A stretch of DNA of 64,000 bases from Podarcis erhardii (Eukaryota). How positions within the stretch are numbered: the stretch's first letter is position 1; every line of letters begins with the position of its first letter. Shown here piece by piece: positions 41,496-52,238 of the stretch. The notes beneath the pieces are model-generated. The model did no database searches, was not told the origin of the DNA, and saw only the letters and a list, made by a program, of their open reading frames with translations. Both the position numbers and the translations under genes were made by a program. The stretch lies in assembly GCA_964252035.1 (NCBI GenBank), contig OZ176200.1. One strand, 5' to 3'.

Positions 41496-41593
41496 ACAGT
41501 ATCTGAAGAAGTGTGCATGCACACGAAAGCTCATACCAAGAACTGACTTAGTTGGTCTTTAAGGTGCTACTGTAAGGAATTTGTTTTGTTTTG
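41496..41593 (+). mobile_element. Truncated Penelope-like pLTR insertion with 15-bp target-site repeats
   Basis: 41499-41593 matches 29004-29098 except one base (ctactgTaagg vs ctactgGaagg). ataatgagagcagtg occurs at 41452-41466, 41481-41495 and 41594-41608. Confidence 0.88.
41499..41536 (+). ncRNA. Minimal type I hammerhead ribozyme motif (PLE-associated)
   Basis: Same 38-nt sequence as 29004-29041. Confidence 0.78.
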
Positions 41594-42749
41594 ATAATGA
41601 GAGCAGTGTGGCACCATATATCCACAGCATGGCTCACAAATATGTGTCACATTTGCTGACCAAAGGGCTGTCAAGGATAAGCTAGAGACCCCAAAAGTCA
41701 AGAAAGAAATTTCTTCCAGCTATTATGAACTACTGACATTGTTTTGCTGGGGCCTAGACTTGCTATTGCTCTGAAACCTTACAACATGCCTCCCTTTTGC
41801 TTGTGGCTCACAGTGAGGAATCTGTTGAGGTAGATAGTCCTATCTTCAGGCACAGAGGAGGGACTCCTTTGGTTCCAACCCCACAATTCCACGAGCGGAA
41901 TGATTATTTGTGGAGCAGGCTGGGAGATCAGGAGCTAGAATGAGACCAGAAAGGTCATGCCTGATAGTGGCACTTTTTTGGACGGAAGTCATTGTCCATA
42001 TTAACTTGCTAATGGGGAAACCCCTAAGATCCTCAGATGCTCACACCATACTGAGTTATATTCCAACACTGTGGGCCTTGACAGAGGAGTTACGTAATTG
42101 GATTTTGTATGCTCTGTTGGTGGCCAAAAGCTGGAGTGTACGTGTCCCCTGATTGCTCTGTGGTTGGGAGGCTGAGCTACTCTTGCACCATATGAAAAAG
42201 CTATATTCATCTAGCATCACTAAGAGAATAAACACTCAGACATCTGGGATGTGTACTTGTTTGCATGAAGTACATGCCCAGCAGACTCTGTTGGGACCTA
42301 TCCCAACTCAACCAAACCCCCTTTCCCTTTTTACTTTTGTTCTGATTGTATTTATTTAACTGTATGGCACTGCACTACAAATGACTATTATCTGGTGCTG
42401 GTGTTCCACATTGGCAAAAATGTGGGGCACAATAAAATAATCTTATTGGATACCTGGCATGAGGATGGTCTAATCACAAAAGGCAGTGGGAAGAGGTACA
42501 TTAATGAGACCAAATTTCTAGAGGGGCACAGAGGTTTCTCTCTGTGTGTTTTTCCAAACAGAGCAGGAGTGGCCCACAGGCCTCCATCTGACCCTTGGAA
42601 CTCTGCCCAAGCCAAGCCCCCATCTGCCCAGACCACACCCCTCACCAGCTCTTCTTTGCACCCCAAGTATTTTTACCTGTCTGGAATGCATCCTTGAACT
42701 CTGATAATGCCTCTTGCTTGCCTAGATGGAAGATACAGAGGTGTGTGTA

Positions 42750-43090
42750 GATACTAACCTACCATACACAGCATTCTCCTGATCCACCCAACTTGTGTTA
42801 ACAAAAGAAAGATGACCTGACTTGTTTTTGAGAAACCCATGCTGGTTCTTAGTAATCACAGCATCCTTTTCTATATGCCCACAGACTGGCTGCTTAATTA
42901 TCAGTTCTACAACCTTTCCTGGTATCAATGTCAAGCTGGCCGGTCTGTAGCTGCCTAGGTCTTCCTTACTCCCCACCCCACCCCGCTTTGAAGATGGCAA
43001 CAATGTTTGCCCACCTCCAGTCTGTTCTCCAGTCATTCTTAAATATTATAGACAGAGGCTCTGACATTATGATGATAGCTCAAATGTTCA
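42750..43090 (-). mobile_element. CR1 LINE ORF2 (reverse transcriptase) fragment
   Basis: KEDLGSYRPASLTLIPGKVVELII...VITKNQHGFLKNKS matches the CR1 motif KEDPGNYRPVSLTS.PGK...QHGF..KS; degenerate. Confidence 0.85.
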
Positions 43091-44004
43091 GGTATCTTAT
43101 TTTTTATACAGTATTATGAACCCTACTATTCAGAGATCATGACCTACACCAATCTGGTACTCACTGCTGATTACAGTATAGCAGATCAGAAACAAGGGAG
43201 AGCCTGGCGTGGGCAAAATCCATGGCGCATGCTCAGACTGCAGCACACGCACGGCGGTATCCCTTCAAAACTGCCATGCAGGCATAAACCCTATTTAGGT
43301 GCTTACATTTTGGTGTATTTGTGACCTTCCATGCACTTGCATGTATCCACTCAAGATGTGCAGCTTGGTGTGACGATCCCTAGTTTTCGTGCAAACACAC
43401 CTCTGCAGAGACACCTCCCTTGGCCTCTTTTGGAAACAGAATACCAGGCTAACTGGGTTGTGGACTGACCCAGCCAGGAGAGTCCTGTGTCCTTCTGCGT
43501 GCTGGCAAGCTAGGTGTTTGTATATCTGTAGGGCTCATGCACCTGCATGCATCTCTTTGTGTTTTGCTGTGTGCATTTACATGTCTGGGTTTTTGTTTTG
43601 TTTTGTTTTCAGCGTGTCACTCATGTCTCCAGGCCCAGCTCACTCCGCAGGAATCTCTAGCCGCCGGGCCCTGTTCTAGATGAATACACTTGAAAGCATT
43701 TTTTCTCTCTTAGCTACTAAATTTCCCTTTGAGAAGAAAGGAGTTGGCTCACTTCATCTTCATTAGTGTCGGGGAGCATTGGGGGGGGGCTGCTTTTGCT
43801 GCAGTGCCACCCCTTCCAGCCTCTCACTTAGTCCCTCCCTCCTGCCCTGAGTCACTGGCCCTTTGGATATGGGCTTCCAGCCAGGAGGAGGCTGCTTCCT
43901 TCCCTGCACTGACCAGCCTCTCATTTTAATCCAGAAAGGTACCATAGATATTATAGGATATCCAGGTTCATGGCTTTCAGTTCACCCTTTCATACTAATT
44001 GTAA

Positions 44005-44235
44005 TTATTATTAGTAGTAGTTGTATAGTAGTAGTAGTAGTAGGAGTAGTACACCACCCTTCAGCCGAAGATCTCAGGGCAATTCACAAAAGAAAAATAC
44101 AAAATGAGAATACAAAACACATAATAAAAACAAAAAACAAAAACTCCACTCCACAAACAGATTTAAAAAGCCAGAGAATGTTAATCAGCTGAATGCCTGG
44201 TTGAAATGTTTCCACCTGGTGTCTAAAGATATATA
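44005..44235 (-). mobile_element. L2-like LINE 3' end
   Basis: (tag)n/(tat)n tail followed by ccacccttc...gatctcagggc.attcac and an A-rich stretch; similar piece at 28070-28225. Confidence 0.5.
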
Positions 44236-45658
44236 ATGAAGGCACCAAGCTGTTTTGATACTTTGCTGTAGAACTTCCAGAAGTTTATTTGTTGGTAACT
44301 TTGGAAGTGTTACCATTGGCTTTGTTACACCTCAACGCTTAATAGTTTGTCATACCTTTTGTGGATGCAGATGCCATGGTTCATGAGATAGGTGCTCTAG
44401 GAAGATTGTCAGCTGCTGTTTAGGAAAACGGTTTCCGCACACTGACGTCTGCCAGCCTGTTTTGTCTACCTATATTTCCCCCCATTCCAAATTGTGCTGT
44501 GTCGTACAAGTGGAAATTGACATAAGTGATGACTTTTCTTCTGACTGCTACAGGACTGTATAAATATGTGTATTTGTCAACACAGAATTCTCAACTGAGA
44601 TTGAAACTTTAAAATCTTCTCCAGCCCCCCAAAGCAAGAGGATGAGACAAAAAGGAAGTCTCTGTCAAATCTCTAGTGCTCCCCCAAAGTCTTGGAGAAC
44701 AGGATACATCACGTGCTGATGCAGTGAATTCTGGGAGTTTGTTTCCTAATTAAATTAGGGGAAAATAAATCACTAGTGCTTTGAAAGACAAAATATTAAG
44801 AGAATCAATCAGCCCAGTTCGTCCCTTCTGTTTGTCTACAAAGGAATCCTTGGAACTCTTTAATGAGTAGGAGGCAGTGTTTATGATGTATATGAGTAGC
44901 ACAGGGAATGTGATGCACTGATTTATAGATGGTGTGTGCATCTCAGGGCCAAAATAAGTGCAGTGTGAGGATACAGGTGCCTGCGTTGCATTTGCATTTC
45001 CCCCCGCTGTGAAACTAAATGTGAAGCAGATATGGGAGGGGCAGTTTAGATCTGGGAAAGGGCAGGAGCATTAAACTCCCCAGCCCTGCTGCTCCAAACA
45101 AAATAAGAATCCACCCCATAAAATTAGAGCCCCTTCCCCCATTTACTTTATGTGTTTTCCTGTAGTTCCCTCCTTCCTCACAGAGCTACAATTCCACGCG
45201 CCCTTAAAAAACTACAGTTCCCAGGATTCTTGGGTGTGTGTGTCTGTCATGTGCTTTAAATGTGCATTGAATGTGTTTCACATGTACAGTGTGGATCTGC
45301 CCTTGACTTTCAAGAGACCGCTTTAGGCTTTGACACTGAATGGCATTTGATTATAATTCACACACATCCATGTACTTGGCACTTTCTTGGGGGCACACTT
45401 TTTTATGCCAGTGGCTGCTATGCTCTTTGCACGTGAAACTCTGTAGGAGCTGCTTCTGCAGGGGCTCCTACACCTACTCTCTGCCCCCCCCCCCCGCAGC
45501 TGTGGTATGTGTGTCCTGGCACAGATCTCAGACATGTCTGTGGCTCACCAAAATTCCAGCCACAAAGGAGAGACCATGAAGGAAAGAGCATCATCCAGCT
45601 AAATGGATATTAGTGTTAGAAGCGAGGGAGGGCAGGAGGGGCCCTAACTGATCTCCCA

Positions 45659-45664
45659 TTTATT
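45659..45664 (-). terminator. Candidate poly(A) signal for the AKAP4-like gene
   Basis: tttatt on + (AATAAA on -), about 740 nt downstream of the stop codon. Confidence 0.35.
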
Positions 45665-45680
45665 CAGAGCTCCTCTCATG

Positions 45681-45800
45681 CAACCTTCACCAACCCTGGT
45701 GCCCTTCTGTTTTGAACCACAACTTCCATTAGCCCCAGCCAGCAACTATTGGGAGTTGTAGTCCAAAACATCTGGAAGGCCCCAAGTTTTGCAAGGGCTG
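45681..45800. mobile_element. Palindromic hAT MITE
   Basis: caaccttcaccaacc...acaacttccatt...gggagttgtagtcc...gcaagggctg. Confidence 0.6.
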
Positions 45801-46225
45801 CTGCCATGCTTAAGGGTAGCATTTCAAACTCTAATGCAAAACAAAACATTGACCTGATTGGGTTTCTGGTAGATTTAATCCAAATGCGCTTTAGATAAGC
45901 TGAGAAGGGCTAGCTGAAACAGGGGCCTTCCTAAGATGTACAGGATCGAGAAGAGGATGGTGGTGTACTTTCTAACCCTGTCCCACCTACCAGAAGAAGT
46001 CCTGTTAGTCACTATTGTTTCTTTGGGTAACACCTAGCAACTAGCTGACTGTTACCGGTCTACTTTTGTTAAGCTTGGGTGAGGGAATTAATAACAGGGC
46101 CTCTCTCCTCTTCTGACTTTTTAATGTTTGCTTTTAATCGATGATCTTGCCCAGCTACCGTTTTATCAACCAGTTTGAATTCATGCCACTGCTGCTTGCA
46201 GTGGGGCTGTGATGATGGTATCTAA

Positions 46226-46404
46226 TTAGCTAATACCAGAGCAAATGCCTTTAGTTATGAAAAGAGAGATCATCTTCATCACAGATTCCATCAATTGGTC
46301 GATAAATGTGCTCGAATCCATCTTGCTCCATATTGTCATATGCATTTGATGTTGCTATGTTGGTTCTGGTTTGGGAAGCTCCTTCCTCACCAAGGCCTCT
46401 GCTT
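46226..46404 (-). pseudogene. Decayed, out-of-frame continuation of the AKAP4-like coding sequence
   Basis: After the TAG, a different frame (46321-46226) reads MDSSTFIDQLMESVMKMISLFITKG..*, resembling AKAP4 GQFIDKLVESVMKLCLIMAK. It is separated from the main ORF by a frameshift and by stops in both frames. Confidence 0.7.
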
Positions 46405-47994
46405 CTATCCCCTGTTTTTGTCCCCGCAGTTCTCGTCTAGATTTAAGCCAGCTTCATCCAAAATCTTCTGGACCATGGACATTATGAGGTGTCCTTTATC
46501 TTTCAGGCTGTCCGAATGGCAGGGGTCTGCTTTTCTGTCACATGACCTGTGTGAGAATTTGGGGCCACAGCTCCCCTCCGCCCTGTCATAGTCACGGGGA
46601 ATGTAGCCATATGAGGAGGTGTTGCATTCACGAGGTCTGCAGTCTTTGTTCTTTTCCAGCAGGTGCTGCTGTATCTGCTGCAATGCTGTGACCAGAAGCT
46701 CTCTGGCATACAGATCCAGGGACTGCTTGTCCGGCACCTTGGTTCCTGCTGGAAAATGTTTCCTTGGGCATGGGCCACCTGCTCTTTCCTTTCCATAGTC
46801 ACAAGACTCCCTTTTCATGGATGCAAACTGCATGCCCTGACTGCAATGGCCCCGGGCCCCCCCTGCTTTATAGTTTGCAAAGGTGAAGTTTTGAGCTCTG
46901 TACTGCTTATCGTCTCCCAAGATGAGTTTAAACAAGCGCTTCACCATGACTTCCAAAACCTCCGCGGTCTTCTGGGTTCCAGCCTTGTAAAGGTTCCTCT
47001 TCAGTCCACAAACAAAATCAGAGTCTGTCATGAGCGCCCCTGTGATGTTGTGCAGGTTTTTCATGGAGGAGTCTATTAAGTCTGATACGATTTCCTTGGT
47101 GTGCTTCATAAGTACCTCTTTCAAAACAGCACATGCTGGCGGAGGGTGCCTACCTTTCTGGACTCTCATGGTCTTCAGGAAAGACAGCATCATGTCTGAA
47201 GCAACCTGATTTGCATACACCATCATCCCTTTGCTTATGGAAGTCATGTCGTCTGCTTTCCTGTCTTTGTCCATATACATGGCTTCATGTTGCTTGAAGT
47301 CATTGTGGTTTGCCATGTCCCCTGAAAATGGGTCGTCCCTCTTGATTTCTGGAGGCGTCTTGCATCGTTCCATATTCTCAGCTATATTCACCTTGTTCCT
47401 GTTGTTGTGGGGGCTAATGATATGGCGGGTGCATTTCCCTGAGCTTTCCCATTTCTCCTTGATCTCCTTGCGTGTCATTTCAACAACTAAGTTGCAGAGC
47501 TTATTGGCGTAATAGGCAATGTCATCTGAGTTCCCTCCTTCACTACCGGCACTGGAAGAAGTGTTGTTGTTGTTCCTGGATGCCAAGTCAAGTACCTTAG
47601 TCTTGCGAGGCTTTCTTAAGGATGTCAGCGCATGTTGGAATCCAACTGCATATTTCTGGAGGTCATTGTTGAGCCAGCTGACAACATTGTCATCATCAAT
47701 GGAGCCTTGCTTGAAAAGGCAAACTGCTCCCTCAGTATTAAAGCAGCTGTTTTGCTCATTGTCCTTGATTATGATGACCTCTCTCTCTTCCATATTCGCC
47801 AAGTCCAGCTCATTGTCAGGGTCAGAGATGTTCTTGGATCGACCAGTAGCTCCATCTCTCTCCTTTGAGTTCAGGTTGGCAACGTCGACAAAGCAAATCA
47901 CTTTACGTTCCTGGTCTTTATGTGTATCAGGGCTGTAGAGGTTTATCTTGCACACACCAGCCTGGCTGCTGAGCCAGTCTACTTCCTGTGCCAT
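46405..47994 (-). CDS. AKAP4: Intronless A-kinase anchor protein 4-like (AKAP4/AKAP82-like, sperm fibrous sheath), 529 aa, C-terminally truncated; probable retrogene
   Basis: Collinear with remembered mammalian AKAP4 blocks: VDWL...GVCKINLY..., RKVICFVDV, EEREVIIIKD, TEGAVCLFKQ, DLQKYAVGFQHAL, DDIAYYANKLCNLVVEM, SISKGMMVYANQVASDMM, KHTKEIVSDLIDSSMKNLHNITGALMTDSDFV. The ICFVDV, EGAVCLFKQ and KYAVGFQHAL blocks are AKAP4-like rather than AKAP3-like. Good Kozak context (aaagATGG). Confidence 0.9.
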   Translation of the reverse strand: MAQEVDWLSSQAGVCKINLYSPDTHKDQERKVICFVDVANLNSKERDGATGRSKNISDPDNELDLANMEEREVIIIKDNEQNSCFNTEGAVCLFKQGSIDDDNVVSWLNNDLQKYAVGFQHALTSLRKPRKTKVLDLASRNNNNTSSSAGSEGGNSDDIAYYANKLCNLVVEMTRKEIKEKWESSGKCTRHIISPHNNRNKVNIAENMERCKTPPEIKRDDPFSGDMANHNDFKQHEAMYMDKDRKADDMTSISKGMMVYANQVASDMMLSFLKTMRVQKGRHPPPACAVLKEVLMKHTKEIVSDLIDSSMKNLHNITGALMTDSDFVCGLKRNLYKAGTQKTAEVLEVMVKRLFKLILGDDKQYRAQNFTFANYKAGGARGHCSQGMQFASMKRESCDYGKERAGGPCPRKHFPAGTKVPDKQSLDLYARELLVTALQQIQQHLLEKNKDCRPRECNTSSYGYIPRDYDRAEGSCGPKFSHRSCDRKADPCHSDSLKDKGHLIMSMVQKILDEAGLNLDENCGDKNRG

Positions 47995-48036
47995 CTTTGT
48001 TAGTTACAAGTAGAAATGGATCAAGAGCTGTGCAGT

Positions 48037-48406
48037 GTTCTTCTTCCAGCTGAGCAGCTTGGATGACCCGGCCAGACTTGGGATGTTGGCTCCTCTTAAT
48101 CTTCCATGCTCTTTCTACCTCCAGGTGGTCTTCTCACTTATGTGGACACATAACAGCAGTGGTGACTTCACAAAGCATCAATGTTTTCCCACCAACCAGA
48201 AAAGAGTTGCCAAATGCTTTAGCAAGAGTGTGTCTTTCCACCACTACTGTAACCAGGGCTGTAGAGAGTCGTTCTTTTCAGATGAGCTGCTTTGGTGACC
48301 CTGCTAGACTCAAGATGTTACCTCTCTTATCTTTCCATGCTCTTCTGCCAGCAAGGGACATTTTCACTTGTGTGGACATGTAGCAACAATGACATCACAA
48401 AGCATC
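48037..48406 (-). promoter_or_regulatory. Tandemly duplicated ~140-bp module upstream of the AKAP4-like ATG, each copy with a CRE-like octamer
   Basis: Units 48037-48179 and 48271-48406 align at roughly 70-75% by eye. Both end in TGAC(T/A)TCAcaaagcatc: TGACTTCA at 48163-48170 and TGACATCA at 48390-48397. Confidence 0.6.
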
Positions 48407-49937
48407 CAACCCACCCACCAACCAACTAACCAACCAACCAACCAGGGAGGTGCCTGTGTTTTAGCTTTGTAATTTTCTTAAACTATCATCTAGATGAAGA
48501 TTAAGACAATTCCTTTGAGCAGTCAATTTGATGACCAAGAGAATAAGTGGAAGCATGTGGATCTCTGAGCAGGTAAGAAAGAGACCCACTAGGAGGCAGA
48601 CCCAGTTTATGTGTTTCATCCTGTTTCATCTTTTGATGGATCCACATTTCAGGTTAACCTGGTACTTGCTAATGCTATTTTTCAGAAAGTATGTTTACCT
48701 CTTTCTTTTTGTGGGGAGGTTTCCTACATCTGGAATTCAAATGGAACACTTACATTGGCTAGACAGTTCATTCCACTTTCTGTCCTGCATTAATAGCCCT
48801 CAGGGGTGACACAATCCAGACTGAAATGTGTTCGTAGAATCAGCTAGGAAAACTTTCACATCCAGGTCTGATGTAAACTTATCCAGAACTAAGCAGCACT
48901 TCATTAAGGACAGCACTGAACTAAAGTTACTCATCACTTTTTGCAATCATTTTTTGCATTGCTGGGAAATGCCTTCTTTTTTGACACTATGCAAAAATGT
49001 TTGCTTTTTGGTTAAAATTGCTATCATTTCCCAATACTGATGCCAGCATATACAGCCAAATCCAATTGGTTGCTTTTACTCCCATGTTTTTATTTACTGG
49101 TGTCGAAGAACATCATAATGCCAGATGTTATACCAAATAAGCATTTACATATATAGTGCTTTGATAAGTGTTCAAAGTGCTGGGATTACATTTTCTTTTA
49201 ATCTTTACAACCTACCCCTGTAAGGTAGTATTATTATTTCTGTGTTGCAGAGGGGGACAGAGGCTGAAGGGGAAATTCTTGCTCAAGGCCACCAAATGAG
49301 CTCCATGGCAGAAGTGAGAGACAGACCAGGTAGTGTTCTGATGCTGTTCTGCTCATTACATGATCTCTGATTGGCCTGGATCACCCACAGGGAAATTTCT
49401 GTTCCAGCAAAATTGTTAGATTCAGTTGCCAGAAGCAATCACACCAATGTGATATGTCTGGCAGCCATCCCATGATAAGCCAAAGGACACTACCTCCACC
49501 CCCGGATTGAGCCCATTTGCATTATATTTTGTCTCATCATTCTCCCAGCCCCTTTTGGGCAGCCCCTTCCCCAGTGCATTGGGAATGGAGCTATTAGCAT
49601 TGTCACTGTATTCCAAGGATGTTGCATTTGCTCATGGATGATTTCTGCTGGATTTGCTGCTCTCCGCTCATGAACAGGCACAGGTGGGCAGGCCAACTGT
49701 GAACCAGATTGGGCAAAAAGCTTAGTCCACATCCCAGGTTATCTGTGCAAGTGGTCGCTTTCATGCCATATGCTGGCATGCTCTAATCTTTCAAGCACGG
49801 GCTTTAACAAAAAGGAACCAGCCAGCTTCCACAAGGCGAAGGGAATAAAGAAACCAGAGAAGAACAAGCCTGCCTCCTGGTGGCAGATTCTGGGGTGGTA
49901 CCCAGCAGCAACATTAAAATGAGCTCTGAGGCCCCAT

Positions 49938-50022
49938 CAGCTTTCACCAAACTGGTGCCCCCCAGATGTTTCGGACTATGACAGCCATCCGTCACAGCCA
50001 GGCACTAGGTTGGCAAAGGCTG
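49938..50022. mobile_element. Short palindromic hAT MITE
   Basis: cagctttcaccaaactggtgcc ... ggcactaggttggcaaaggctg. Confidence 0.55.
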
Positions 50023-52100
50023 TTCCGCTGTTCTGTACTCCAGGGGCTGAATTACCTATTCCTCTGGGATTAGACCCTCCTTTGTTTTGCCCGGCTGATG
50101 AGATTTTATTAAAATACTGTACTCTCTGGCCTTTGGCAATATCCAGGTGAGCATTACTGGCTCACGGCACCATCGTACCTGTCTCAGAAGCTCAGTGGGG
50201 CTTAACTCCCAGATACACAGGTATAGGCTTGCATCCTTAAAATGTAGCATAGTAGAGGAATGCTGCCATTCTTCAGGAAAAGTGGAAGGGATGCTGTGGG
50301 ACCAAAGTTCAAGTCCCTATTTGGCCATGGAGCTCACTGGGGACCCTTGGGTCAGACACAGCCTCTGAGCTTAACAAACTCGTGGGGTTGTTTTGAGGAT
50401 AAAATGGAGAGGGGGAGAATGATATATATCATATTAGGCTCCTTGGAAGACAGGTGGGATATAAATATAATAGGTAGATAAATGGGCATAGCCAGAATTT
50501 ATGTTGTGTTGGGGAGGGGGCAGAACTGAGCTATCTGCAATATGATTGGTCAGTTAACTGAAAAATACTTAATTATTTTTATTTATTTACTTCAATTTGA
50601 GGGGCAGCTGCCTCTCTACGCCGTTGGGTGGGTAGGTAGATAGGTAGGTAGATTTGAGATAGGTAAGTGGAGAGAGATTTAAGGAGCTTCTTTCCCTGCC
50701 TCCTGCCCACCAATATTATGTCTGTATGGCCCGGCTGTCTCTCTGCAGATGCTTCAGGGTGCTCTGGTATATATTTGATATGCAATGTTGTAGCACTGCA
50801 AACAGATTCTGGGTATCTGTTTAAATTCTCAGGCTGGGATGGGTGGTGGCGCAAAATTGCTGCTGCTTTGGCTCTTTGTGTCAGGCCAGTGGGTCTGGTC
50901 TCGGGGCGGGTGTCACATTCCTCTGGCAGCCACAGACAGAAACTGGGGTGGGGGAGGTGACTTAGTCCGGCTCCCCCTCTGTGTGACAGAGCAACATTCT
51001 GTCTGGTCGCAGCCCCCACTTAAGCTGCAGGTGTGTGGGTGATGGGCGGGCAGCTCTCCCACTGACAGGCAAGGAGGCTTTGATGCCAGGGGCTGGGGGA
51101 GGAGGCAGCCCATGGACCCGAGTTCCTTTCCCATGGGCCTACGGTAGCTTTCCACATGCACCCTCCATCTCTTCCCATGACATAGTTTGCATTTCTCTCT
51201 CTATCTTATCTTGCTCTTGTTCTCCCTCCCTCCCTCTCTCTGTTCACTCCTCTGTTCCCAGCTGCGCCCCGGTTGTTTTATGGTTCTCAGCCCTGGGCCT
51301 CCACTAGTTCTCCACCTGTGCCCCCACCAACCATCCTGCTGAAGGAGGAGATGGCAGGTCTCCTTGATAACAGACAGGCAAAACAAAGACCTTCTGTGCC
51401 ATGATGAGTAAGGGAAGAGCAAGGAGGGGTGCGGTGAATGTCTTGTACACACCGGACAAAGAGACCTGATCAGTAGATTTGAGTGTGTGCATATGATGTG
51501 GGATTGCTAAAATATTGTACCTGTCATTTCTGGAGCTGACATATACTGGGCTGGCTGGGACTCTTGGTGTGTGTGTGTGTGTCTTGAGGAGCCTTGCCTA
51601 GTATACACACAGGTTAAAGTGTTCCTCAGCATTAACTACTTCATGCTGATAGTGAATCATCAGTTGTCTTCTCTGCTCCTGTTGTTGCACTGCGCTGCTC
51701 TGCTCTTCCTCTAAGACAGCCAGAAATGGCTGCCGCTGGAAGTGCAACACCGGACTCAGGATAACTCACAGCCCGATGTTACCATCCAAACAAAGGTATT
51801 TCCTGGCCAAATCCCAGAGCTTTCTTCCCAGCGATCAGTTCCATTCAGTGAAAAGTAGTACTGAACTAGCGCTAACTGGCCTTTGAACACAGTTCCAAAA
51901 CGGAGGCAATAAAACTCTCTCCACCCACTCCCCTTCCTCCTCCTCCACAGTGTTTAATATTCCTTGCAATGACAGATTCCTCTTTTTATTCCCCTCCATG
52001 TTCTGGCCAATAATCTCTGAACAAGTGGCAATTATTCCTGCCCAGCTGTTTGAAGGTAGCAGCCTTGCTGTCGATGCCAGCAGTAAAATGCCCTCTAAAC

Positions 52101-52238
52101 CAGAGATGGAGGAGCTCTGGGTCTCCAGGAGGTATTGGAGTACAACTCCCACTAGCCCTGACTATTGGCTGTGCTGGCTGGGGCTGATGGGAGTTGGAGT
52201 CCAACAACATCTCGAGCACAGTAGATTCCCCATACCTG
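52101..52238. mobile_element. Palindromic hAT MITE
   Basis: gagtacaactcccact...gatgggagttggagtccaacaacatct...ttccccatacctg. Confidence 0.65.
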
